From Psammoneis japonica (taxonomy: Eukaryota): a stretch of DNA of 64,000 nucleotides. Made by a program: the position numbers and the translations under genes. The stretch's first letter is position 1, and each line of letters begins with the position of its first letter. The stretch spans positions 1 to 64,000 of the forward strand of contig QPGO01000024.1 in the NCBI GenBank assembly GCA_008632985.1. Direction: 5' to 3'. A model generated the notes under the pieces. That model ran no database searches and was not told where the DNA came from. It saw nothing but the letters and a program-made list of their open reading frames with translations. Below are positions 23,892 through 34,545 of this stretch, piece after piece.

Positions 23892-24270
23892 TGCAGCGTG
23901 CATTGTCAAGCAGGAAGAAGCACACATGTTCACAACTGCACATTGTTGCACGCATCCATTGCACCACAATCATGGGTGCATGCAAAGGACAGACAAATCA
24001 CACAGATTTGATCAGATGTCAAAAACTGCAAATGCCATCAATCAATGATATTGACACAAAATTTGTCAGTGCTTGTTGCACTGCAATCAGATTTTCTGAA
24101 TGGCCTTTGGAGCAAACGGCACACTTTGGGCCATTGAGAGCTCCTTCAGAGAAATCCAAAATTGCAGCACAAAATCCAATCTCATGGTTTTCTGCTTTTT
24201 GTGATTTGCTCCTCCACTTTCATTTGCACTCATTCTTCAAGCATGGTGCATTGTGTGTGTGCACCACAGA
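23892..24270 (+). repeat. 5' LTR of the gypsy element
   Basis: Aligns by eye with 28582-28990 (shared ttgcaccacaatcatgg, gcaaaggacaga, caatcaatga, gagagctcctt, aaatccaatctca, ttcttcaagca). Confidence 0.85.
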
Positions 24271-27200
24271 AGGCAAAAACACAAAATTGAAGCTTTCACC
24301 TCATGCAACTGATGCCAAGTCTTCTGTCAAGTGAGGGACAATTGTTCTGGTGCCCCTGAAAATGATTTCCAAGCCAAAGTTGCTCAAGTGAACCCAGTGC
24401 CTCAAGATGGAGCAATGTTTTCATCCTGAAGACAAGAAGAGTTGCACCCACACAATCAATGTCAAGCACTGCAACCAGCAGGGAGTCTGCTCCAAGTGTG
24501 TGTCAAATTCTTGAAGACTTGCCGTTGATGCTTGGTTGGCCAGAACATGCAAAAGCAAGCAAACAAGTTCCATCTGATGCAATCAATGTTGAGTGCCACA
24601 ACAAGCAGGGAGTTTTCAAGTGAATCAAATTTTTGAAGACTTGCTGTCAACTTTTGGTTGGACAAAATGTCCAGAAGCAAGCCAACAAGTTCCATCTGAT
24701 GCACATGTTGTTGCAGGGAGATGCTCTCCAAGTTTTTGAGAACAAGGCTGCAAAAACACATTTGCTTCGAAGAGGCAAAGAAGCCTTTGAAAAATGCCTG
24801 TGTTGCCTTTCCAACCATGTTTCCCCCCAAAGAATGCACTTCAAAGTCAGAAACGGCATCTGTGACATGATCTCAAGAAGCCACTGGAGACTGTGAAGAT
24901 CTGCAAAGCTGCCACTTGGACTCAGGAAGGAATGAACAAATGCTCAAAGTTCCACCCTCTTTTTGTGCCAAAGCAAAATCTGGAGGATGAAGATGGTGCT
25001 GTCAGTCAAGCTCACAAGGCTTTAAAATCTTGGATCACACTTTTGACAAGTTGGTTGAGTTCTTGGAGTGTCTGGAAGTTGCTGAGGACACATTTGACTG
25101 GATCAGTGATGTCAAATCTGATCACAACAGCAAGGCTGGGTCAAAGTCAAAGATGGACCTAATTGCGGCTCCAAAAATGGTTGCCAATCTGGTGCCAAAC
25201 ATTCTGATTCTAAGATGTGGTTCAACCATTGCACATGGGCCACTCACAAATGTTGGGTTGATGGAAGACTGGCAAACTGATGCTGAGAGAACTTTGAACA
25301 AAACCCAAAACAGCAATGTTCAAATGGCAATTGCAGGTGGTCTTGCATTGTGGTGCTAAAAATGCCTTTCCAAAGGAAGAGTGGAATGTCATGATCACTC
25401 AGCCAGTCAACAAAATCCTCAAGACAAGTTTCTTGACATGTGACAAAAAGCACAAGGGCAAAAATTCTGACTGTGATGCACTTGGCAAAGAAAACTTCCA
25501 ATTCGAGTGCATGTGATGCACAGTTGTTCTGAAAAATGACCAGCTTCTGTTGAGGAGTCTTGCACATTGCTGGATGTCAGCAAGCCCAGAAAAAGGCCAA
25601 AGCAACTCACACAGGTCCAGCAGTCATTGCTCACATGAACCCCTCTTTGAGAAAAGAGAGGGGTGAGATCCTGCATGTTCTTCTTGATGGTGAAACATCA
25701 TCAACTGCAATTTTGTGCAAATTCACATGGAAATTGAGAACCAAAGAATCCGCCACCAAGATTTGGAAAACCAAGGGTGGACTCTTTGCAACTGACAGCA
25801 AATGCAAAATGCAGTTCTTGTCACCTGAATTTGACAAGCACAAGCACATTGACAAGATGGCACATGCTCATGGCAAGCCCTCTTCTTCATGTTGATGTGA
25901 TGTGATCATGGGACACAACCTGATGAGCAGTCTTGGAATCACACTCAGCTTCACAAATGTGATTGGAAGATGCCACTGCACCAATGAAGAATGTCGGTGC
26001 TTTCTTTGATGCTGATGTCTTCAAGCTGATTGCCAACCACATTGAAGAGTCTGGTGCTGTGAATGGCCTCAATGGCAGGACCAACAGCACCAGGATCCTT
26101 GATGCCAACTGTCATGTTGCCAACCTCAATGATGTGACTGTTGGCCACAGAGACACATCTCACCCCAGGAGAACAGAAGCAACTGAACTCTCTTTTTAAA
26201 AGATTTGAAAAGCTTTTTCACAGTTCCTCAGGTGTGTGGAAAGGAAAACCAGCAGATCTCATGTTCAAATTGGGCATGACTCCACACAATTTGGAGCCAT
26301 TTCCCACACCACAAGCCTTGGAGGCAACTGCTTGAAAGGAAGCAGACCAACTCTATGAGACAGGAGTCTCAAAGAAAAACAATGGACTGCTCTGAATGGG
26401 CAGCTCCAACCTTTGTTCAACCCAGGAAAAATGGTCAAGTTCAGTTCCCACCCAACTTCTAAAGAGCTGAGAGGGAGGCTGGTGTGCACTTCACACACCC
26501 TTTGCCCAATGTTTGGGATGCACTGCAGAAACTGGAAGGTTTCATGCATGTGACCTCATTTGATTTGACCACAAGATGCTGTCACATCAAGCTGACATGG
26601 GGTGCATGTCATTTGTGCATGATGGTGATGCAACGGGGCAAATGTGAATGTTGCGAACTCCTTGTGAGAATTTCCCCCATCATTTTTCAAGAACACATGG
26701 GCAAACTCATGGCAGGTTTAGAGTTTGTCAAAACTTGCTATGTTGATGTCATGCTGTGCCTGACAAAAGGTGACTTCAAAGATCAACTCCAGAAACTTGA
26801 GGAGACATTCACATGGCTCAAACAAACCAGTTTGAAGGTCAGTGCCAAGAAGTCCTTTTCAGCTGAGCATGATGCAGACTGTCCAGGCTTTCATGTCACC
26901 TAAAATGGTGTTGCGCCACCCCCCATGAAAGTGAGGGCAATTCAAGCAGCCCAACTGCAACTCCCAAAACTCACAAGGAGCTGCAATGTTTCATTTGTGT
27001 GGTCAATTGTTGTCAAGACATGTGGCCTCAACAATCTCATGCACTTGCTCTCCTCTTGCCAAACTCACCCAAACAAAGGTTGAGTGGCAATGGATGAGCA
27101 TGAAACAAAAAGCCTTCAACAATGTGAAGTGAGTTGTGTCAAAGGATGTGTCATCATCACACCCAAATTTTGACAAACTCTTTGAGCAGTGTGCCAGGAG

Positions 27201-28581
27201 AGAAAAAAATTCTGAATTGGGAGCAGTCACATCACAAAACAATCAACCTGTTGCTTTCCACAGCTGCAGGTTAAATGGGGTGCAGACATGACACAACACA
27301 ACAGAAAAAACTTCTGCCCATCTTAGAACACTTGAAGGGTTCCACAACTCACTGTTGCCAACAGACAAAAATGTTTGTGGATGACAAAAACCTCACTCAC
27401 AAAAATTTTGCTGTGAACCCAGTCATGCATTGTCATCTGACAATCAAAGAACACAGTCCTAAAATGACCCATCTCAAGGGCACAAGGACAATCTCATTGC
27501 AGATGCAACCAGCTGACTTGCTGTGAAAAACACAGAACCCATGGAAAACCTGAGCAGGGAAGAACCAGATGAGAAGTCACACCAAAATCCTGCAACATTG
27601 TCTTCCATCAATGAAGACACCCTCTTCAAATTGTTGGACAAAACACATCACATGAAGACTTTTCCTGGATGCAAGTGAGATTGAATGCTTGCATGTCACA
27701 AGGACAAAATCACTGGACCAAAGACATTGCAAAAGACAGCAACAGATTGGGGTCATGGTGCACCTTCTGCACCCTGGCACAAACAACGGAGCTGAAAAGA
27801 GGCAATCTCACAACACCTGTGGTGGTCCACCTCACATGAAGACACAAGGAAATGCACATAAAAATGTGAGACATGCAAGCAATTCAAGAAGAAAAAACAT
27901 GCAGACATTTGCCTCCCAAGTGCTCAGAATCAGTGCCACAGAAAAGACCATGTGTGGATCTTGCCAGACCATGCAAAATGCATTGTGAAAGGGCAGAAAG
28001 AATCTGGTGGTCCTCAAATGTTTGACAATGATTGATCCAGCAACAGAACAGTTTGAAACAGCAGAAATCCCAAACAAGGAATCCTTGGCCATTGTTGAAA
28101 GCAGGTGCCTTTGGCCATGGTTGATTGCTTGTGACCATGGAAGTGAGTTCATTGGACACCAATTCAGAGCTGTGGTTGAAGATGACTGTGGCATTGAATG
28201 CAAGCCCACATGCATCCATCAAGTGCTGGGAAACATGCTGTGTGCATGTGATTTACAAAACGCACCCCCAGATGTAGAGGATCCACTCTCTCATGTCATG
28301 CCACAGTGCAAGCTGCACCGTGCCAATTGGTCTTCAACGGAGACATGACATTTGTCATCCAACATGTTGCTGACTGGAAATTTGTCCAGAGACAAAAACA
28401 GGAGATGACAAATGAAAACAGCACTTGAGAAAATGCTCAATGCACTCAATGCCTGCAGGGCAGGAGAAAAGACATTGCTCAAGAAAGACTCTCAAAAGTT
28501 GTGACAGCCCTGTGCTGGGCCTGTCTGTCAAATGGTGCCATTTAAGGACAAGTGGCTCTAACGTGCAATTGGGGAAGCAAA

Positions 28582-28990
28582 TTCAGCACACATTGTTGAG
28601 CAGGAAATGACACACACACATTCACAATTGTGTGTTGTTGGCACGTCAATTGCACCACAATCATGGATGCGTGCAAAGGACAGATCAATCAATCAGATTT
28701 GATCAGCCAGATGTTGAAAACCAGCTCTTGCAAATGAGGTCAATCAATGATGTTGACACACGAGGCATCAATGCTCACCACATTTGGGCAATCTGCCATC
28801 ACAACTGGATTCTCTGAACTGCCTTCAGCTGCAGAGACAGCACACAAATGCTTTGGGCCACTGAGAGCTCCTTTGGAGAAACCTGAAATTGCAGTGTGAA
28901 AAATCCAATCTCACAATTTTTCATTCTTGGCATTTGTTCTGCTTGCTTCATTTGCACCCATTTTTCTTCAAGCACAGTGCATGTCCATCC
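28582..28990 (+). repeat. 3' LTR of the gypsy element, preceded by a purine-rich tract
   Basis: Direct repeat of 23892-24270; ggggaagcaaa at 28571-28581 sits at the polypurine-tract position. Confidence 0.85.
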
Positions 28991-30132
28991 TGTGCCCAGT
29001 GCAATCTGTGGCACAGAGCTGTGAAGCAAGTGCTCTCACATGTGCACCCATGTGATCAACTCACTCTGCTGCTGCTGCTGCTGCTGCAAATTTTGCCACC
29101 TCGCCAGCCCACAAGGACACAACTCACAAAAAATGAGGTCAACACAAAGCACAAAAGCAAAAGAGACAGTCAAACTGATCCTCAGAACTCTGTCCAATGA
29201 AGTGGCACCTGAGTTTTGGGGTGCAGTGCCAAGCATCAAACTCTTGTCAACAGCCCCTCAATGTCGTTTGTGACATGGCCAAGCTTCACCTGATCTGGCT
29301 GAGCACTGCAATTGACGTGGATGCAAGTTCTCCATCTGACACGCTCTTCAGTGCTGCAAGAAGGGTTTGGCCCAGTCGTTTTCCAAAACATGGGTGATGC
29401 CAGTGACAAGCTCAGTGGCTTGTTGGCAACCCAGAATGTGGCAGTCCATGGAGTGCAGCCATTGACCAACTCAAGTCAAAAGACAGTGATCATGGAAACA
29501 TCTCAGCCCAAAGCTGGCTGGAAGGGAGTGTGGGTGGCTTCATTGGCACCAGAGTGATGAGTGACGTGACAGGAAGGGCAACAACCCTTGCAGCCCCCCC
29601 CCAGTGAGAAGGCAGTGCTGGTCTGTCCTCGTGCAAATGCCAGATTTGGTCAAGCTTGACAGCATCCATGCACATTTTGAGACTCAATGCCAACTTCCCA
29701 TGATGCTGGGATGTCCTTTGTGGACGTTGGACCGGGGCGCAGATGCGACTAAAATCACTCGCGCAAATTACAAATTGAAGCGCGTAGGAGAGCATGGAAA
29801 AGCTGAGACCTGATGATGCGGTCAGCGCCGCACTTTCAACTTGGGGTCATTGTGATTGTAACTCTCTGGAAAATGAATGAGCTCCATGGCTTGGTGGTTT
29901 TCTCAGCGTCGCTTGTACAGCAACTTAACTCTGAGCAGGGGCGCTTGCCATCAAACCACGTCGGAGTTCGTCGAGTGCGAGCTAGCAATCAAGTCGTCTG
30001 GAACGCATTTCGATCTGGTGGGAATTTGCCTCACACATCATTGATGAAACACCACAGGAGAGCGGCGCTAACTCTCCTTCGATACCCCCAGTTACCTTCA
30101 AGGTTATAGACAGTAGCGGAGTAGAACGTCGA

Positions 30133-31254
30133 ATGACAAGGCAGGAAAAGAAAGAGCTCAAACACAAAATGCAGCAAGAATGGAAAAGGGCAAAAAAGAA
30201 ACGAAAAGGACAATCGTCAAGATCACTTACACCTATCCCGGTAGAGCCTGGCCCAAATACACCTGAAGAAAATTCTCTTTTTTCTCCTCTATGGAATACT
30301 GATCAACCTCAGCAATTCGAAGACGAAATAGTACAGAAGCAAAAGCGAGAATACCATCGACTGGAATTGAGTCGTAGCGCAGTGGAGGAAGAACTTGCAG
30401 AACTGCGTGGTGAGCGCGGTGTAGCACCTCCCGCCATGATGACGCCGCCAATGGTGCCGCATGTTAGGAGCTTTTTGTGTCATTTATCTAAAGCTGGCAC
30501 TCCTTTACAAATTCCGACGTCTATTGCAATCCATGCGGAGCTTGACGATGATCTGGCTACGAGGTGGGCGAGTGAGCTCAAACTTAATATGAAAGACGCA
30601 GAAGACGCCCGTTGTCGAGAGGATATGCGACCAATGGCATACCAGCTGGTTCCCGAGTCTTGGATTCGAATGCGCCCAGCTTTCTCTGTAGCCGACAAAC
30701 GCGGATTTCAAACGAAAGCCGCACCAGAGAACGACGCAGCAACTCCCCAATGTGATTCTTTCGCCGTAATGACTATTCGCGACCTGGTTGAGCCCTTCGA
30801 CTCTGACATGTCCATTGTGTACGATTTCTTGTATCAGCGATCAAGTTTGCATGTATCATGTGGAGCCAAATTTGGCTGTGACTTTCTCTTGTACGATGGC
30901 AAGAGAGAAGAAAGACACGCCTTCGCAGGACTTCGAGTGTGCTCCATGGAGGAAGTTATGGGCGCCACAGAGAAGTGTTTCCCGCTTCCTACTGCTTATG
31001 ATTTGGCTGGGTTTGTAAGATGTCTAAACACCGCTGGAAAACTCGCCCTTCTTGCTTTGGTGGATCGTGACAGAAAGGGAGATGGTCAAATATCGGTGCG
31101 AGTGGCTTTTGTGGATTTGGCATTGGAAAAGATTTTGTCTGCTCCGACACATCTGAAGCGTTCCAACAAAAAGGCGCGACGTGACGTAGGGAAAAACCTT
31201 GCAAAAGACAAAAGAGTGGCTCACTTAAGAAACAAATTTGCGATTTCGCTCTGA
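30133..31254 (+). CDS. tRNA-splicing endonuclease catalytic subunit (Sen2/Sen34 family)
   Basis: IVYDFLYQRSSLHVSCGAKFGCDFLLYDGKREERHA...LAGFVRCLNTAGKLALLA contains the G.KFG.DFL.Y...HA...K motif with the Tyr-His-Lys triad. Confidence 0.88.
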   Translation: MTRQEKKELKHKMQQEWKRAKKKRKGQSSRSLTPIPVEPGPNTPEENSLFSPLWNTDQPQQFEDEIVQKQKREYHRLELSRSAVEEELAELRGERGVAPPAMMTPPMVPHVRSFLCHLSKAGTPLQIPTSIAIHAELDDDLATRWASELKLNMKDAEDARCREDMRPMAYQLVPESWIRMRPAFSVADKRGFQTKAAPENDAATPQCDSFAVMTIRDLVEPFDSDMSIVYDFLYQRSSLHVSCGAKFGCDFLLYDGKREERHAFAGLRVCSMEEVMGATEKCFPLPTAYDLAGFVRCLNTAGKLALLALVDRDRKGDGQISVRVAFVDLALEKILSAPTHLKRSNKKARRDVGKNLAKDKRVAHLRNKFAISL

Positions 31255-31293
31255 ACTAGAAGCAGTTAAAAGCCTTGGTATTCCCATCAAACC

Positions 31294-32208
31294 CTATGAG
31301 GACATTTTCGCTCGGTGCTTCTCATACCACAAGGTTGAGTGCTCATTTATCCAGGAAAGCAAATCAGAATGAATTTGATCAATAAGAGGTGGTGGCTCAC
31401 ACAAAAGACCGTGCAGCGCATCATAACGCTTGAGGGTCTTATCGGTTGACGGGGAGCTATCCATAAGTTCTAGAGCGCCGTCATTGTCGACCACGACATC
31501 TTCATTGGCAATCATGCAGATTATCGGAACCTTCACATTGGCAAAGCGCGCGCTTGTCTGTTTTGTCAAATCCACGCATGTAGCTGCAGAGGCGACTCGC
31601 AATTTACTTCCCGACACCGTCAGATCGTCGTCGTCGCACTCTTTTCTCTTGCTGGCATCACGATACTGCTTCTCACTCGATGAAGCCGAGGATGGAATGA
31701 GGGGAACGCGTGGCACCACATATGAAAGGAATTTCAAAATATATCGAGCTGGCTCAGAAACACTGAGAGCAAGCATTGGTGCCAGCAGAACAACACCAGC
31801 CACAACTTCTTGCGGAAGGTTTTGTGATGCTGCAAGAGCCAAAGTCCCGCCCATGCTAGACCCAATCAGGAAAAGTGGTACACCGAGACCATACTGTTCT
31901 TGAGCATACTTTGCAATCTCTACCCCATCTTCAACGAGCGAATCAGCACTCGGTAGATAACCTCGCATACCAGGCGACCTACCGTGACCTGGCAAATCGA
32001 CAGCGAGGACAACGTATTTGGATGCGGCCAACAACTCGGCGGCATATCGAACAGTGGGATATTTCCCATGGGCTAAGAATCCATGATAGATGACAGCAAC
32101 TCCTTTGATATCCACGCCGCCGTCGTTCCACACGTGCACGACGCAATCGTGACCATGGAGAGAAAGCGTCTTTGGCAGAGAAGACGAACTGTCAATCTTA
32201 CTCTCCAT
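31294..32208 (-). CDS. Alpha/beta hydrolase, monoacylglycerol lipase/lysophospholipase family
   Basis: VIYHG, AVDLPGHGRSPG.RGY, LFLIGSSMGG (GxSxG nucleophile), VVLLAPML, EDVVVD and DKTLKRYDALHGLL. Confidence 0.92.
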   Translation of the reverse strand: MESKIDSSSSLPKTLSLHGHDCVVHVWNDGGVDIKGVAVIYHGFLAHGKYPTVRYAAELLAASKYVVLAVDLPGHGRSPGMRGYLPSADSLVEDGVEIAKYAQEQYGLGVPLFLIGSSMGGTLALAASQNLPQEVVAGVVLLAPMLALSVSEPARYILKFLSYVVPRVPLIPSSASSSEKQYRDASKRKECDDDDLTVSGSKLRVASAATCVDLTKQTSARFANVKVPIICMIANEDVVVDNDGALELMDSSPSTDKTLKRYDALHGLLCEPPPLIDQIHSDLLSWINEHSTLWYEKHRAKMSS

Positions 32209-32700
32209 CGTCCAGTAGAGGGAAATGCCGACTGGGAAGAAATCAATTGAACAGAACACGGGCAAGAAGCAAGGAGTGAAGTCTCACCGCTCACCGCACT
32301 TACAGTACCGCGAACCCCGCGAAAATAAAAAAGTTACATAGTGTCTCACCGCGTCTGCCCACCCCTTCGACGAAAAAAATAATGATCTTCTTCGTTTTAC
32401 GTACTACAGTAGAGTGGAAAGAAGTGGAAAGTATGGAACATGGAACACACTCTATACAACATATACATCTACTCTCTAGAGTAGCTAGTAGTAGTGGCTA
32501 CTATTCATAGGGAATTTCGCAGAGCCTATGCTACAGAGAGGAACATTGCAAACATCTATGCAGGCAGATTCTTAAGTCATGAAAGAGCGGATGTTGAATT
32601 TACAATAATGGTACTACTGTATCAGAGCCTTTTTGGAACTCCCACAGAATTCCAAAATCATGATAAGCTTACGCTGCATATATAGGCCTAAAGATTAACT

Positions 32701-33693
32701 CTAACCGATGAGAATTTTTTGCTCCTCTACAAATTTGTAAGGGGGCACTTCCAAGTTGAGGGGAGCAGGTCCCTTACGGATACGTCCACTCACGTCGTAG
32801 TGAGAGCCGTGGCAGGGACAAAACCATCCATTGTAGTCACCTGCATTGCTAATAGGTACGCAACCCAAGTGGGTGCAAATACCAAGCGCAACAAGCCAAT
32901 CCGATTTGAGGCAACGCTCATCATCAGTCTCCTGATCACGAAGGTGGGTCATAGGTACCGCGGCCTCCGTTTCGACTTCAGCTGGAGTGCGATGCCTGAT
33001 AAAGACTGGCTTACCGCGCCACTTGACAGTAATAGTGGATCCAGGCGGGATTTCCGAGAGATCAAACTCAGCAGAGGCCAGAGCGAGAACATCTGCAGAA
33101 GCACTCATGGAGGCAACAAACTTCACCAGAAGCACACGCGCAGTGGAGGCGTAGGCAAATCGAACACCAGAGAGCATCAAGTAAGTGAAGGCGCGACGCT
33201 CGGGTTCTGCAACTCGGTCAACTCTGTCAGCCGTGTACCCATGGTCGACACTTCCAAGCTCGTGAAGCTCTGGTGCTGACGAGAAAACACGCAAGGCACC
33301 TGCAAAGAGCCAATAATAGAAAACAGGAAACGAGCAAGGGGCGTAAGAAATACATCAACCTCAGGAAGCACGAAGAGATGCATTCGTAGAACTCTGCTAC
33401 CGGTACAGTCGAAACACATTCGCTTCATCGCATCCACTCAACACACGAAACATGCCGATGAAAGTCGCTAACGACATGTACGCGAGAAGCAGTACGAACG
33501 GTACGTGTACGTAGGATTCGGTATCCGCCAGTACTGCCGCCTCAAGCAAACATGACGCATCGCATCACCGAAAAGAAAAGTGTTGGATAATCCATTTAGG
33601 GCCTAGGTATCACTTACTCGACGAATGAAGTCCTGTCGAAGTGCGGCTTGGCGCACTGGCAGCCAAACGGGATGCAAGCCGCAAGGCGTTCAT
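32701..33693 (-). CDS. UQCRFS1: Cytochrome bc1 Rieske iron-sulfur subunit; exons 33618-33693 and 32701-33299
   Basis: [33 protein letters not shown] and [25 protein letters not shown]. Exon 1 encodes a mitochondrial presequence ([17 protein letters not shown]); the GTAAGT...TTGCAG intron keeps the frame. Confidence 0.97.
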
Positions 33694-34009
33694 GGTGGCT
33701 TGTGGCGGCCGGCGGAAGAATGGCACACGCACTGAACACGCGTGTGTTGGCTGGAGAAGAATTTCGCGCGGAACTCGCGCGTATTTATGTCCCTGGTTGT
33801 GGATGCTTGTTGCGAAGGATAGCGGCGCCGGCCCTCGGAGGAGTCGTCACAACGCTAAAATATGGTACAAGTACAGTACAGTATTCTCTACTCTCGTAAA
33901 AATGCAATGGCTTCGTTGGGGATAATTTTTAATGTTGTTATTCATTCTGTGATACCGTATATATGAAAACCAATCTTTCACTCTCAACGGCCGCAACTGA
34001 TGGACTGAC

Positions 34010-34545
34010 TTGTGACAGACAAGTAAATTTTATTCATAACGTATATGAATAGTTGTCTGTCACAATGGGCATTGTGACAGACAACAATTGTCTGTCACAG
34101 CAACTTGTGACAGACAAGTAAATTTTATTCATAATGTATATAAACACTTGTCTGTCACAACGTGCATTGTGACAGACAAGTAAATTTTATTCATAATGAA
34201 TATAAATACTTGTCTGTCACAGCAACTTGTGACAGACAAGTAAATTTTATTCATAATGGATATAAATACTTGTCTGTCACAGCAACTTGTGACAGACAAG
34301 TAAATTTTATTCACAATGTATATAAATACTTGTCTGTCACAACGTGCATTGTGACAGACAAGTAAATTTTATTCATAATGAATATAAATATTTGTCTTTC
34401 ACAGCAACTTGTGACAGACAAGTAAATTTTATTCATAATGGATATAAATAGTTGTCTGTCACAGCAACTTGTGACAGACAAGTAAATTTTATTCACAATA
34501 AATATAAATATTAGTCTGTCTCAACGGGCAGTTATGAGACCCAGA
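34010..34545. repeat. Palindromic minisatellite: about nine units of 60-62 bp with a 182-bp higher-order period
   Basis: tgtgacagacaa starts at 34011, 34073, 34106, 34168, 34228, 34288, 34350, 34410 and 34470. Each unit is TGTGACAGACAAGT - AT-rich core - ACTTGTCTGTCACA, an inverted pair. Confidence 0.97.

Larger units (their letters stand above)
23892..29000 (+). mobile_element. Full-length but degenerate Ty3/gypsy LTR retrotransposon (gag-PR-RT-RH-IN)
   Basis: Protease ILHVLLDGETSSTAIL...WKTKGG.F; RT HPLPNVWDALQKLEGFMHVTSFDLTTRCCHIKL...IFQEHMGKLMAGLEFVKTCYVDV...LKVSAKKSF; integrase LTMIDPATEQFETAEIPNK...ACDHGSEFIG...IHQVLGNML. Domain order PR-RT-IN is gypsy-type; flanked by direct repeats. 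Confidence 0.92.

Noticed and set aside
29066..29087. (CTG)7 microsatellite
   Set aside because: Short simple repeat inside degenerate DNA with no evidence of function.
16600..29750. Classical fungal RIP or simple CpG decay as the full explanation
   Set aside because: RIP raises TpA and AT content, the opposite of what is seen. CpG decay cannot remove TpA or turn Tyr codons into Cys/His codons.
32719..33279. Long antisense ORFs over real genes (e.g. 32719-33279 +, 47408-48349 -, 31430-31903 +)
   Set aside because: Shadow frames of the coding strand with no independent protein signature.
34010..34545. CRISPR-like array (palindromic repeats with regular spacing)
   Set aside because: The intervening cores are near-identical rather than unique spacers, there are no cas genes, and the context is eukaryotic.
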